A DNA stretch of 64,000 nucleotides. It comes from a virus. Below, piece after piece: positions 28,790 to 39,173 of this stretch (positions are counted from its first letter, which is position 1; the number at the start of each line of letters is the position of its first letter). Below the pieces are notes generated by a model that was given only the letters and a program-made list of their open reading frames with translations, was not told the DNA's origin and ran no database searches. The position numbers were made by a program, and so were the translations under genes. The stretch spans positions 1-64,000 of IMG/VR virus record IMGVR_UViG_3300021092_000026; one strand, given 5' to 3'.

Positions 28790-29883
28790 TATCTAATTAA
28801 TTTAAAGTAATACCCATTATCATAATATTTTTCAAGCCCATCAGAATCAACTCTGAACACAAATCTATAATATCTTTCAGGCTGTAATGTATTAAACCAC
28901 ATATCAAAATAGTTTCCGTTTGAATCACATTCTATCTTTGTATAAGTAGTATTAAATGGTATAATTTCTAAATTAGTTTCAACATCCCTAATTGACCAAT
29001 ATGATGATGTGGGTAAGTATTTTATAGTTGATAGTGCCCCACTGTTACTAAATGTTCTTTGTGGGTATCTTTCTCTACCATAAACTCTAATTCTATCTTT
29101 TGAATCTTGCTTATATTCAGATTTAAGATTTTTGGTGTATATAACAATATTTTCTGCGGTTAGTGATGATAAAGAGCCTGTCTGAAATTGGGAATCATCC
29201 CACCTAACTTCCAATGTTGGTACATAAATTGTATGAGTTTCTGTTGAAAAATATTTTGAGATGCCAAACTTAGCTGAACCGATTTCATCGGTATTAGACC
29301 TTTTAATGATAAACCCATTGTTTACTCTATTACCACTAAGAATATCATTTACATATTGAGTTACTTCAATGTTTATGTCCGAAACATTTCTACTAAAAGA
29401 TTGCGAATATGAAATACCATTAATGGATGATGTAAACCAAGTTCCACCACCTTCATTAACCGCCCAGTATGAGCCCGAATTTATTGGTGATGCTACACTC
29501 CAACTTATATTCGTACTTCTATAAACCCAATTTGAATCATTCTCATTATGAGGTGTATCGGGCAATGAACCCAAACCTTCTACCCAACTTTGAGATATGG
29601 GGTAGATATAAAGATTATAATCGGATGGAATTTCTCTTTCATCCGATGAAATAAGATTTAAATAATACTTTATACTTCCCGATATTGTTTCGGCCGTAAC
29701 CAATTGTGAAATTTCGGATAAATCAAATTGAATTAATATTCTACTATTACCTATTAGAGTAGTATCATCGGTATCAAAGAACTTACCTACCTCTAATACT
29801 TCATCTTTTCCAACATTTTGTAATTTTCTTGCTGAATATTCATATATAGTGGTATCTTTTTGAGGATATATTCTATAAATCAT
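28789..29883 (-). CDS. DNRLRE/CBM96-like domain virion protein
   Basis: KDTTIYE..NVGKDEVLEV..SRILIQFD..W.EG.G..NNGFIIK..PTLEVRW. Confidence 0.6.
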   Translation of the reverse strand: MIYRIYPQKDTTIYEYSARKLQNVGKDEVLEVGKFFDTDDTTLIGNSRILIQFDLSEISQLVTAETISGSIKYYLNLISSDEREIPSDYNLYIYPISQSWVEGLGSLPDTPHNENDSNWVYRSTNISWSVASPINSGSYWAVNEGGGTWFTSSINGISYSQSFSRNVSDINIEVTQYVNDILSGNRVNNGFIIKRSNTDEIGSAKFGISKYFSTETHTIYVPTLEVRWDDSQFQTGSLSSLTAENIVIYTKNLKSEYKQDSKDRIRVYGRERYPQRTFSNSGALSTIKYLPTSSYWSIRDVETNLEIIPFNTTYTKIECDSNGNYFDMWFNTLQPERYYRFVFRVDSDGLEKYYDNGYYFKLIR

Positions 29884-29892
29884 TTATTTCTC

Positions 29893-31824
29893 CTAAAATA
29901 ACGGAACAACTCTACCTCTAATATCTACATCAGGAAATTTAACCTCAAAAATAGATGGGTCTTTTGCTGGATATATAACACCATTTCGTGTTGCTCTATT
30001 AATATCATATACATGTGGTGAATATATACCATCAAATTTATTAACTATTTGTAATCCACCCAAATTACCTACGCTTGGTCTAATAACAGTTTGAACTCCA
30101 TCAACTCTATCTAATAAAACATACAAATCTGATAATAGTATAGGACCGTTTATTTGACTATTTTCTTTACTAAAATATAATTTTAATTCATTAATACAAT
30201 CTAATAAAACTTCGTTTGAATTATAGTTTGGTAAAACAATAATTTCAAAATCAATACCAATGTTTATAATATACGCATTTTTAATATTTACCGCATCGGT
30301 CAACATCCTATGATATGAAATATAATTTTTAAGGTTTTGTTTGGTGGCTGGGTTCACATTTGCTATATTACCCTGTCCATCATAACCAAGAACATATAAA
30401 TTTAATGCAAGTGGATTTGGAACTTGAAGAGAACCAACCGATGAACCACCGCTTCCGGCCGGGCTAATAGCTCTTATTTGATAATCAGGAGCTACATATG
30501 CTTTTGCTACTGCACCAAATTGTGGTGGCATAGCATATGCTCTTACAACATAATCTTCAGCAGTAACGGCTCTACTTTGTGCAGCGAAAAATGCCATCGC
30601 ATTATTTCTAATTTCATCCATATCATCATTTGATTTACCACCAGATGCGGGTTCTTCGTTTGTAACCGCAACCGAATTTCTGATTGTATTAAATTGTTGT
30701 GTGTTTGCTGGTGTAATTTCATTTTCAATTTCAATGTTTACAATTGTGGTTAAATCTTTGGATACAACATTATCAATTACACCCTGCCCAACTCTAGCGG
30801 TTACAGTTAAGGTTGTATTTGATGGTGCAGCACCATATGTTTTTGTATATAAAAAATTTGATGGGTCTAAATTTTGCGTTATGTTTCCAGTTGCTTTATA
30901 TAAATTAGAACCAACATTTCCGGGATTTGGTAATAACTCTTCATCTGCATTTGATGATACTCCCGGCCCAAATTGTACTACTATAGAACCATTTTCTTCC
31001 ACTCTAGTTATATATCTTTTAGGTACTTTTTTAAGCTTTAATAAATATGGAGTTTCCGACCCATATTGATTTAAACTAAGTGTATAATCGGTTGTATTTG
31101 GAACTTGCTCAAATACAGTTTCTTGAGCTAAATAATCTACTTTTGTCCAAATATCACCATCATCATCAACAATTTTAATAACATCAATAATACCATCATC
31201 AATAATTTTAATTTTATCATATGGTTTTGGCGAACCAAATGTAAATGTGGCTATTTTATCTTCACCACTAACTACAGGAACACTTTTTTTAAATAAATAA
31301 AAAACAGGCTCATCGGTAATTTCGTTTATTTGATAAACCGATATTTCAGTTGGGTCAAAAGATGATGAATATGCAAAATCAATTTTTCTAGTTGTAGAAA
31401 ACACCACATTTGGATTTTGAGTTGATGATACCTGCATCCCCTCTTTAATTTTTAAGGCATAATCTAAATCAGGTCTAACATTATTACCATTCCCAATGGC
31501 AGGAACTAACTGATAAACAATTAAATTTGTTGTAGCGGGTGAATAAAATTTTGGTTTATATCCCATCGATTGGGCTAACTGAAATAAGTTTCCATTTTCT
31601 TTTACTTGAGTAATAATTGATTCTCTTAATTGAACATCCGTATAATATGATAGAACATCACCAACATACGATGCCATTTCCATAAACATCATTCCAGGAG
31701 ATGATTCGTTAAAATCATTATAAGTGTTTGGATAATACTGTTTAGCAAAATCTACTAAATTTTTTCTAAACGCGGAAAAATCCCTACCAATTAAACTAAC
31801 TTCTTTTTGTGAATCATTTAACAT
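29893..31824 (-). CDS. gp6: Baseplate wedge subunit (T4 gp6/baseplate J-like)
   Basis: RDF..L..F...Y.DFNESSPG..SYVGDVLSYY; RAVTAEDY. Confidence 0.88.
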   Translation of the reverse strand: MLNDSQKEVSLIGRDFSAFRKNLVDFAKQYYPNTYNDFNESSPGMMFMEMASYVGDVLSYYTDVQLRESIITQVKENGNLFQLAQSMGYKPKFYSPATTNLIVYQLVPAIGNGNNVRPDLDYALKIKEGMQVSSTQNPNVVFSTTRKIDFAYSSSFDPTEISVYQINEITDEPVFYLFKKSVPVVSGEDKIATFTFGSPKPYDKIKIIDDGIIDVIKIVDDDGDIWTKVDYLAQETVFEQVPNTTDYTLSLNQYGSETPYLLKLKKVPKRYITRVEENGSIVVQFGPGVSSNADEELLPNPGNVGSNLYKATGNITQNLDPSNFLYTKTYGAAPSNTTLTVTARVGQGVIDNVVSKDLTTIVNIEIENEITPANTQQFNTIRNSVAVTNEEPASGGKSNDDMDEIRNNAMAFFAAQSRAVTAEDYVVRAYAMPPQFGAVAKAYVAPDYQIRAISPAGSGGSSVGSLQVPNPLALNLYVLGYDGQGNIANVNPATKQNLKNYISYHRMLTDAVNIKNAYIINIGIDFEIIVLPNYNSNEVLLDCINELKLYFSKENSQINGPILLSDLYVLLDRVDGVQTVIRPSVGNLGGLQIVNKFDGIYSPHVYDINRATRNGVIYPAKDPSIFEVKFPDVDIRGRVVPLF

Positions 31825-31833
31825 TTATTACTC

Positions 31834-32268
31834 CTAAGCTATGGATAATCCACCCTGATTATCAACTTCTAAAACTATGGTTTGATTGGCACCCTGTGAT
31901 GTAACTCTAAATTTTATTTTTATACTAACTTTATTAGAATCGGGCTCACTATTAACATCAGCACTATCCAATAAAATATATGGAAGCCAAAAATTAATAT
32001 CGTTTGTCAAAGAGTCCTCTAATGATGAATCTAAATCAGATTGGATATTTTCAAACAATAATGAATAAATATCCACACCAAAAAGTGGTTGGAATGGCCT
32101 TTCACCTTTTGTGGTTAAGAGTAGATTTTTTAAATTGGATATGGCTTGTTGTTCAGTTGTGTAACTTAATTTGAACATTGGGTTACCACCCAATGGTAAC
32201 ATCACACCAACAGCTTTATTTGGTTTTAAATCAATTGGATTAATTCTATATTGTAATCGTCGTGCCAC
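31834..32268 (-). CDS. gp25: Baseplate gp25-like protein
   Basis: NLKNLLLTTKGERPFQPLFG..LLFE. Confidence 0.9.
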   Translation of the reverse strand: MARRLQYRINPIDLKPNKAVGVMLPLGGNPMFKLSYTTEQQAISNLKNLLLTTKGERPFQPLFGVDIYSLLFENIQSDLDSSLEDSLTNDINFWLPYILLDSADVNSEPDSNKVSIKIKFRVTSQGANQTIVLEVDNQGGLSIA

Positions 32269-32271
32269 TCA

Positions 32272-32769
32272 TTACCTTTTCTTTTTATTATTCATTGCCT
32301 GCATTAAAGCTGAATAATCTTTTGTAAGTGCATCCACTACTGCAGCACCTGCTTCAGTTTGGGCTAATGTATTCATTGATACCGCTCTACCTTCCGAATC
32401 TTGCACAACCGATTCTTCCATAGAACCCATTTTTTTCATAGAACCAAATGATTGTGCCATATCAGATGTAAATGACCTTCCACCACCTATATCCCTCCAC
32501 TCACCACTTTGGAATGTTTCATTCAATATTGATGATATTGGTGAGTTGTTATTAAATAACTTTTTTTGTGTTTGTGGTTTTTTTGTTTCAAACAAATGGT
32601 CTACATCTAATGGGTCTTTTTCCACCAATGGGGTGGTTTGTCTTATTGGTTGTTGTTTCAATTCTTTTATAATAGATTGTTTTAAAATCTTTTTTTCTTC
32701 AGCGAATCTTTTCTTAACCTCGCTTTCAACCAATATTTTAATAGCTTGAATTAGTTTTTTTGTATCCAT
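32272..32769 (-). CDS. Conserved hypothetical protein
   Basis: ILNET and ALTKDYSALM motifs; preceded by ATATTTAT. Confidence 0.6.
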   Translation of the reverse strand: MDTKKLIQAIKILVESEVKKRFAEEKKILKQSIIKELKQQPIRQTTPLVEKDPLDVDHLFETKKPQTQKKLFNNNSPISSILNETFQSGEWRDIGGGRSFTSDMAQSFGSMKKMGSMEESVVQDSEGRAVSMNTLAQTEAGAAVVDALTKDYSALMQAMNNKKKR

Positions 32770-32796
32770 AGTAATAAATATAATGTTTTATAATAA

Positions 32797-33741
32797 TTAA
32801 CCAATACCTTTTTTAAGCTTCAATAGTATATTAGCAAGTTGTGGGTGTGGTAAGGTTGTTCCTCCTGTTGCCGTTGGAAATCCACCCCTTGCTAATGTTT
32901 CTATAGCAGATATAATTAAATTAATTGTAGTTGTATATTTCAATGTAGATATAGCTACATCCTTTTTAGATGATAGTATAATATTATCAGATTTACTATT
33001 AAATATTAACCTATCAGAATTAATAATAACTTGTGGGTTTTTATATTCAGATGTATTTTTTACTACAGATTTACTCGCTAATTTAGTTGCTACCTTTTGT
33101 TTTGTAGTCATCCATATAGATGAATCATCTTTGTTTATATTCTCAACAACAAATTTATCGTACCCCTTTTTATTAGTATCGTTTTGAGTATTTCTTATAA
33201 TTGTAATTGGTGCACCAGAAACAGACGAATTCCATGATGGTGATCTTTGAGCCTCACTGTTTTTTGGCGTATAACCAAATCTTATTGATTGTCCAAACCT
33301 ACCTTCAAATATGGTATCACCAATATAAGGTTGTAATTGCGATAAATTATTTACTTCTGAAAATCCTTTACCAAAATCTTTTGTATCATCATTAACACCG
33401 GATGTGTTTGATATTGGTTCTTCGTATGAGCTGATGTCAAATAATACTACCCCATTTTTAATCACTTTTGGTAAGGGATTGTTATTTAACGACCTTTGTA
33501 AAAAGGTGGGTGATATATAGTAAAATGAAAAACCACCCGCAAAAGGGTTAGATCTAGAACTTAAAGCACTAATTAAATAAACCTGTTCACCTATAGTGGG
33601 TATTGATTTAATATAAGGGTTTAGTGGATAAGCAAATTCAGATGAAGTTGTACTATCATCACGTTTAACTAAAACGCTTATTTTATAAATATCATCTGGA
33701 TTACCATCCTTTAAAAATACTTCAACTACTTCGCCAAGCAT
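32797..33741 (-). CDS. Baseplate hub/spike-like protein (gp5-like OB fold plus beta-helix)
   Basis: P.IGE.V; GDTIFEGRFGQSIRFG; QVIINSDRLIFNSK. Confidence 0.6.
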   Translation of the reverse strand: MLGEVVEVFLKDGNPDDIYKISVLVKRDDSTTSSEFAYPLNPYIKSIPTIGEQVYLISALSSRSNPFAGGFSFYYISPTFLQRSLNNNPLPKVIKNGVVLFDISSYEEPISNTSGVNDDTKDFGKGFSEVNNLSQLQPYIGDTIFEGRFGQSIRFGYTPKNSEAQRSPSWNSSVSGAPITIIRNTQNDTNKKGYDKFVVENINKDDSSIWMTTKQKVATKLASKSVVKNTSEYKNPQVIINSDRLIFNSKSDNIILSSKKDVAISTLKYTTTINLIISAIETLARGGFPTATGGTTLPHPQLANILLKLKKGIG

Positions 33742-34100
33742 TATTCATCCTCATCTTTTTTTAGGGATTCTAATTTTTCATCTACATCCCTACTAGCTTC
33801 TAACAACTGTTTCTTTTCTTCTTCTGATAGTAGTAACCCATCATCAGAACCACCCTTATCCAATAGTTTTTGTGCAATCGCAGCCAACCTTACTAATTGG
33901 TCATCATTCTTTACTGATACCTCTAAGTATTCCTTAATCAACGGAACTACTACTGATGCATCATTTAGATTTTTAACCAATGGTTCTAATTGAGCAATCA
34001 GTAATTTTATCTGTCTATCTTTTTTACGGGAGTTATCATATACATCTTTTAATAACGATGAAAATGTCGTCCCTTTAAATATATCATCATCCTTCTTCAT
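33741..34100 (-). CDS. Conserved helical hypothetical protein
   Basis: Coupled to both neighbours; VPLIKEYLEVSVKNDDQL. Confidence 0.6.
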   Translation of the reverse strand: MKKDDDIFKGTTFSSLLKDVYDNSRKKDRQIKLLIAQLEPLVKNLNDASVVVPLIKEYLEVSVKNDDQLVRLAAIAQKLLDKGGSDDGLLLSEEEKKQLLEASRDVDEKLESLKKDEDE

Positions 34101-34818
34101 AATACCTTTCTATATTGTGGTTTAATTTTAGAATACCATTTTTGGTATATTCAGAATTTAATTCCACAAATATTATTTTCATTTTTCCTATAACCCTTGT
34201 AATATACTGCGTATTTACTCCTGTCCTATCTCTAATAAGTATATAAAGTGCCTTTTTATTATAAGAATATAAATCTTTCCTGGTACGGAATAGTTCGTTT
34301 ACTGAATCCGCTATTCTCCTATCCCTTTCTTTTACAAAAAGTTTATTTAGATTTAAATCTATATAATCCACAAAGTAATCCATAAAATCAGATTTTTCTT
34401 CTATTGCTTCATATTCTGCAACTTCATTGGGAACATTTCTACCAATATCTACAGCATCTAAATTTTCTTGAGCTTTCATCTTCGCATAGTTTGCGTTATT
34501 TTCATTGAATAAAAAGTTTCTTGCAATTACAGTGAAATAAGAAAATGCTTTTCCTTTATCTCCCTTAAATTTATGCATCTTTTCATTTAGAAACGCAACC
34601 ACAGAGGCTTTTACATCCTCATATGAATCATCAAAGTAGTAGGTTTTGTAAGTATGTATTACATTCTCCGCAAGCTTATCAAACGGATATTCTATAAATC
34701 TATTGTAGATACGATTTTTTTTATCAACATCATCCAAATTATTATATGCGTTTATAGCTATTTCAGTTATATTCGTAAAATACCTATTGCTCTTCGGTGA
34801 TTTCGCTTTTCTTCCCAT
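34087..34818 (-). CDS. gp55-like sigma factor (putative late transcription)
   Basis: KLAEN..; KF....GKAFSYFTVIARN resembles sigma region 2 of gp55 (PFAYFTQI). Confidence 0.7.
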   Translation of the reverse strand: MGRKAKSPKSNRYFTNITEIAINAYNNLDDVDKKNRIYNRFIEYPFDKLAENVIHTYKTYYFDDSYEDVKASVVAFLNEKMHKFKGDKGKAFSYFTVIARNFLFNENNANYAKMKAQENLDAVDIGRNVPNEVAEYEAIEEKSDFMDYFVDYIDLNLNKLFVKERDRRIADSVNELFRTRKDLYSYNKKALYILIRDRTGVNTQYITRVIGKMKIIFVELNSEYTKNGILKLNHNIERYYEEG

Positions 34819-35098
34819 AATACCCGTCCAATTCTTCTATAATACTATACATTTCTCTAAATACATAACCAGTCTCATCATCGGCTTCAAACGAACCAAT
34901 TCTATCTATTGATTTCATTTTATCCATTGCATTTTGAATCCTTTCTTGCATTGAATCCAAAATTGTATCGGCCTGAGTATATTCTTTTTCTAACTCATCC
35001 AAACTATCTTCAACTGCTTCTAATTTTCGTAGTAGATTCCATACAAAGAAACCTAAAACCACATCCGTTAAAAACAATATCACCAAAAGCGTTACCAT
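34784..35098 (-). CDS. Membrane-anchored coiled-coil protein
   Basis: N-terminal TM; GSFEADDETG. Confidence 0.6.
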   Translation of the reverse strand: MVTLLVILFLTDVVLGFFVWNLLRKLEAVEDSLDELEKEYTQADTILDSMQERIQNAMDKMKSIDRIGSFEADDETGYVFREMYSIIEELDGYYGKKSEITEEQ

Positions 35099-35099
35099 A

Positions 35100-35906
35100 T
35101 TAATCCTCCATTATATCTTTAAACGCATCAAACACCATATCAACCTTTGGTTTATCATCTTCAGATTTTTGAGATACTATCTTTTCAAATTTAGATAACC
35201 CATTCGGTTTTCCGTTTGTATTAAGAGTTCCTCTCGTACCTTTTAACTTTTTACCTTCAACCACCCAACGATTATACTCATACTTTGAAGCCATAAAATC
35301 GGCTTGATGTAAAATATGTGGTAAAAATGTTTTTAGTTGATTTTCAGGCTGAAAACTTTTATAATAACTTTCGGTGGATGTATCATATAAACCATCCGTT
35401 AATCGGATAGCAAGATACTCTTCTTCTGAACATTTAACACCAAAGTGATTTAGTAGAAAGAATGTACGGTCGTGAATCTCCATCCAATGTAGGTTTGGGT
35501 TTGATTTATAAATCTTACCCTGATTCTTTACATGCCATTCCGAATCATTCTTTTTATACCAATCATCTTCAACTGAACCTACCTTACCTAAATCGTGATG
35601 AAGGGCTGCAAATACAACCGATTCTCTTGTAATATCATTGGTAATCATATCTAACTCTTTCCAAAGTTCAAATACCTTTAATGCATTACGAGTTACCCTC
35701 ATTATATGGTCAATATATCCGCCGGGAAAAGCATTATGAAAATGTTCAAACGATGAAGCGGGTGTATAAATAATCCTCTCTTCAAAGTGGTCATACATTT
35801 TATTTAGGGCATCCAATCGTTCACCACTAAATTCCTGATTAATAAATTTTCTGAACTTTTTGTAATTCTCCAGTAGTTCTTCTGGTGAGAAAAAATCAAA
35901 ATACAT
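35100..35906 (-). CDS. HD-domain hydrolase
   Basis: PAS...H.AFPGGY..H; ALHHDLGK; HQAD. Confidence 0.85.
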   Translation of the reverse strand: MYFDFFSPEELLENYKKFRKFINQEFSGERLDALNKMYDHFEERIIYTPASSFEHFHNAFPGGYIDHIMRVTRNALKVFELWKELDMITNDITRESVVFAALHHDLGKVGSVEDDWYKKNDSEWHVKNQGKIYKSNPNLHWMEIHDRTFFLLNHFGVKCSEEEYLAIRLTDGLYDTSTESYYKSFQPENQLKTFLPHILHQADFMASKYEYNRWVVEGKKLKGTRGTLNTNGKPNGLSKFEKIVSQKSEDDKPKVDMVFDAFKDIMED

Positions 35907-35908
35907 AA

Positions 35909-36532
35909 TTAAATAATTTTATCAATAATTCCTAACTCCAATGCTTCTTCTGCGGATAAGAATAAATCACTTTGCTGATTTGATTGCCACCAATCTTTTG
36001 ACTTCTTTGTAAATTCAGCCATCATACTATTACACTCTTCTTCTAACCTATCAGCGAATTTGGCATTTGATTTTACATCACTTAATTTACCTGCTGCAAA
36101 AGTAGATAATTGGTGAACCATAATCTTTGAATGCTTTGATGCTGCTCTAACCCCAGTACCTGCTGCGAGTAAAAGAGCCGCTGCTGACATTGCAATACCC
36201 CTACAAATAATATTGAATTTCATATCTTTGTTTCCTCTGATATAATCAATAATACCAAGCGTTTCTACAACATCACCTCCGCCTGAATTTAGTAGGATAT
36301 TAATTGTAGTTGTTTCGGAGTTTACTTTCTTTAACAATCTTACCTTAGCAATAAATTCGGGTAGTAATCCCATTTGAATTTCATCGCAAATTACGATAAC
36401 ATTATCGGTTAAATCAATACCATAATCAAACTCCCTAAAAAAGTGTTTGTGTGGGTCGCTATCATCCCCACTATCATTTTTATAATCAAATTTTACATTT
36501 GGGGAGCTGGTGGTATAAAGTTCATCTATCAT
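35909..36532 (-). CDS. clpP: ClpP-like protease subunit
   Basis: NSGGG, AMSAA (Ser), MVHQ (His), D.FLSAEEALELGIID (Asp). Confidence 0.88.
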   Translation of the reverse strand: MIDELYTTSSPNVKFDYKNDSGDDSDPHKHFFREFDYGIDLTDNVIVICDEIQMGLLPEFIAKVRLLKKVNSETTTINILLNSGGGDVVETLGIIDYIRGNKDMKFNIICRGIAMSAAALLLAAGTGVRAASKHSKIMVHQLSTFAAGKLSDVKSNAKFADRLEEECNSMMAEFTKKSKDWWQSNQQSDLFLSAEEALELGIIDKII

Positions 36533-36552
36533 AAATTATTCGTTTAAATTTT

Positions 36553-36590
36553 ACACAATATACAACAAAAAGTGTATATTACCAAATTAT
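36553..36590 (-). promoter_or_regulatory. Bacteroidota-type promoter upstream of clpP
   Basis: TTTGGTAATATACACTTTTTGTTGTATATTG. Confidence 0.6.
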
Positions 36591-36603
36591 TTTTAGTTTT
36601 TTA

Positions 36604-37602
36604 TTATCTGTATCTATCTGCGCCGGTTTTTCGATAAGTATGCGTTGGTGTTTGGGGTGATACTTCATTATATAAATTTACGGCTTCTTCGGTAGTTGGT
36701 TCAAATACTACATCAGGTTTTTCTTCTTTAGTTTCCACAACCGGTTCTTTAATTTCTTCTTTGGGATTGATAACCACTTCTTTTTTGATAGGTATTTCTT
36801 CAATAGGTTTAATTTCCTCTACCTTTATTTCTTTAATAAGTTTATTTAAGGCTATGACCATAGAGATTGCTAATGGGTCAAATACCAATACAATTAATAA
36901 TGTAAACCAATTTACAATTCTATCCATACCCCATCCCGTCAACTTATCTAAATATCTAAGTGGACCTATTTCTGAAGCAACTACATTATTTGATTCCTTA
37001 TCCAATATTTGTAAATCTAATGAAGTCAATGAATCATTCAACGATTCTATTTTTAGGGTTAAGTTATCTCTTTGCTGAACTGCTAATTTTAATTCACTAC
37101 TCAAAGCCCTTCTTTGTGATATAGCCCCTCGTTCGGTTTGAGAGTTATTATTTGCTAATCCACCCCTCAAAGATGATATGGATGTTTCTAATAATTTTTT
37201 CTCACTATTCAAATCAGCCAACTGTTCCTTAAATCTATTTCGTTTCACATCCACAACACCAACCTCTTTATTAAGGATAGTAAATTTATCGCTTGTGGTT
37301 TGATATGCGGAAGTCAAAAAACCATATATACCCAATGATGTTATCATCATTAAAATTACAACAGCTGAAACCATATACCATTTTAACCAACCAATTACCT
37401 TCCAATAATTGTGGAGGTATGAAGCAAGAATTATTTTTGCAAATTCTAATGCCCCCGCCATTATAATTACTTCGGTTCTTGCTCCAGCAAAAAGTGAACT
37501 AAGTCCGAATATAGAATAGTATGCTGCTGAACCAGCAAGTATAACTGTAGATAATATCATTAAGATTATGAAACCATTTTTTCTCGTAAAAAAATTTTTC
37601 AT
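36604..37602 (-). CDS. Multi-TM plus coiled-coil membrane protein
   Basis: Three N-terminal TMs, EIGPLRY and VFDPLAI motifs. Confidence 0.7.
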   Translation of the reverse strand: MKNFFTRKNGFIILMILSTVILAGSAAYYSIFGLSSLFAGARTEVIIMAGALEFAKIILASYLHNYWKVIGWLKWYMVSAVVILMMITSLGIYGFLTSAYQTTSDKFTILNKEVGVVDVKRNRFKEQLADLNSEKKLLETSISSLRGGLANNNSQTERGAISQRRALSSELKLAVQQRDNLTLKIESLNDSLTSLDLQILDKESNNVVASEIGPLRYLDKLTGWGMDRIVNWFTLLIVLVFDPLAISMVIALNKLIKEIKVEEIKPIEEIPIKKEVVINPKEEIKEPVVETKEEKPDVVFEPTTEEAVNLYNEVSPQTPTHTYRKTGADRYR

Positions 37603-37746
37603 ATGTTATTCCATTTTTTTAACTTTATTAACTTTCCCAGTTGTATTTATTATCAAATCTTTTGATATCAATATTGACTGTAAACAACAAGAGAAACTTG
37701 AAATATTAAATAAATATCCAAAAAATAGATAATAACCTTAAACGGG

Positions 37747-38640
37747 TTAATTATGTCCATACTGATTTAAGTAATTAAGAACCGCTAATTCTTTCATTTT
37801 AGCTTCTACTTCAATATCCAAATCGTAACCATAGGTTTCAATTTTGTTTGAAATGTAATCCGAATGCGCTTGGGGGATTTTACCTATAGCTGATTCTGAA
37901 TAATGAACCACAGGTTTAATACCATCCGGCCAAGTACTCATTGCTAACTCTAAAGCCTCCTGCTCCGATAAACCACCGGTGCAAAACTTGTGGTGGTGAT
38001 AATCAAATACAATTGGAATACCAGTCCTTTGGTGGATATACATCAGGTCCTTTACCGAATACATACTAGCCTTATCATCGTTCTCCACTGTGAGCCTACT
38101 ACGAACCGCATCAGGCAACCTTTCAAAGTTCCGACAGAACCTATCCATCGCTGATTCTTTATCCCCATAGACACCATTACAATGGATATTAATGACATTA
38201 TAGGGTGTCCTACTCAACCCCATCAGGTCAAAGACCTCCCCATGCAGCGATAAATCCGTTATGGTGTTCATTACCACCCTTTCATTGGGTGAAACAAGCA
38301 CATTAAAGGGGCCAGGGTGAGATGTAATTCGTTGTCCATAGTTGGATACCAACACCCCAGCACCCTTCAGGAGATTGGATATAGGAGCAAAATGCGGCAT
38401 ATCTGATAGTGGGTATTCGGATGACCAAGGGAATAGATTGGAGGTGATTCTGAAGAGTTTTATACCCATCTTTTCGTTCCATTTGATGATTTCTATCAGG
38501 TCACGGGTGTTCTGCAACCCAAGTTCCGAAGCCCTACCAATACCCTCTTTTAAAAAGGTTTTCCTAATCATACCCCTATTGGTGGTAATCTTTTTCTTGC
38601 CCAAAGTCATATTGATGCAAGCGTATCCTAAGTTTGACAT
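37747..38640 (-). CDS. uvsE: UV damage endonuclease
   Basis: LGYACIN, FRITS, HPGPF, ENDD, FDYHHH, HYSES and EAKMKE; start MSNLGY follows a promoter. Confidence 0.93.
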   Translation of the reverse strand: MSNLGYACINMTLGKKKITTNRGMIRKTFLKEGIGRASELGLQNTRDLIEIIKWNEKMGIKLFRITSNLFPWSSEYPLSDMPHFAPISNLLKGAGVLVSNYGQRITSHPGPFNVLVSPNERVVMNTITDLSLHGEVFDLMGLSRTPYNVINIHCNGVYGDKESAMDRFCRNFERLPDAVRSRLTVENDDKASMYSVKDLMYIHQRTGIPIVFDYHHHKFCTGGLSEQEALELAMSTWPDGIKPVVHYSESAIGKIPQAHSDYISNKIETYGYDLDIEVEAKMKELAVLNYLNQYGHN

Positions 38641-38660
38641 AGTTTTTGATTTAGATACTA

Positions 38661-38693
38661 CAAATATAATGAAAAAAGGGGATTTTTCCAAAT
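38661..38693 (-). promoter_or_regulatory. Canonical Bacteroidota promoter TTTG-N20-TATATTTG for uvsE
   Basis: TTTG GAAAAATCCCCTTTTTTCAT TATATTTG. Confidence 0.75.
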
Positions 38694-38698
38694 CCCCC
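38672..38698 (-). terminator. Rho-independent terminator after hsp20
   Basis: GGGGATTT-GGAA-AAATCCCC followed by T6. Confidence 0.75.
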
Positions 38699-38753
38699 AT
38701 ATTAAATTTTGATTAATTTTTTAAAAGATTATAACCCAAGGGCGCGGGTTTTA

Positions 38754-39173
38754 TTACTTAATTTTTAGTGCTTTTGGTTTTGATTCTTCAGCAAATGGAA
38801 TACTGATTTTAAGTAAACCATCCTTCATACTTGCTTCTGCTGAATTCAAATCATATTTACGAGCAATCTTATATCCCAAATTAAAGGAACGCTTTGAAAT
38901 TCCTTTGTGAATATAATTTACTACAGCTTCTTTGGCTTCATCTTTTTTAGAATAAGAAACCCTTAATAAATCGCCTTCAATATTGATATCAATATCTTCT
39001 TTACATAACCCCGTTCCGGCGATTTCAAAACATAAACCTTCTTTGGTTTCGTAGATATCTACGGGGTGGCCGATTTTTACATCCATCGCTGGTGCGAAAA
39101 ATGAATCGTTTGTGAAAAAATTTTTCACCAAAATATCAAATGGTGAAAGTGGTAATTCTTTAATGTGTGTCAT
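38754..39173 (-). CDS. hsp20: Small heat shock protein Hsp20
   Basis: PVDIYE..G..KEDIDI; YIHKGISKRSF; A.MKDGLLKI. Confidence 0.93.
   Translation of the reverse strand: MTHIKELPLSPFDILVKNFFTNDSFFAPAMDVKIGHPVDIYETKEGLCFEIAGTGLCKEDIDINIEGDLLRVSYSKKDEAKEAVVNYIHKGISKRSFNLGYKIARKYDLNSAEASMKDGLLKISIPFAEESKPKALKIK

Noticed and set aside
38641-38700. N-terminal extension of UvsE in the ORF track
   Set aside because: It overlaps a terminator and a canonical promoter; the family motif begins at MSNLGY (38640).
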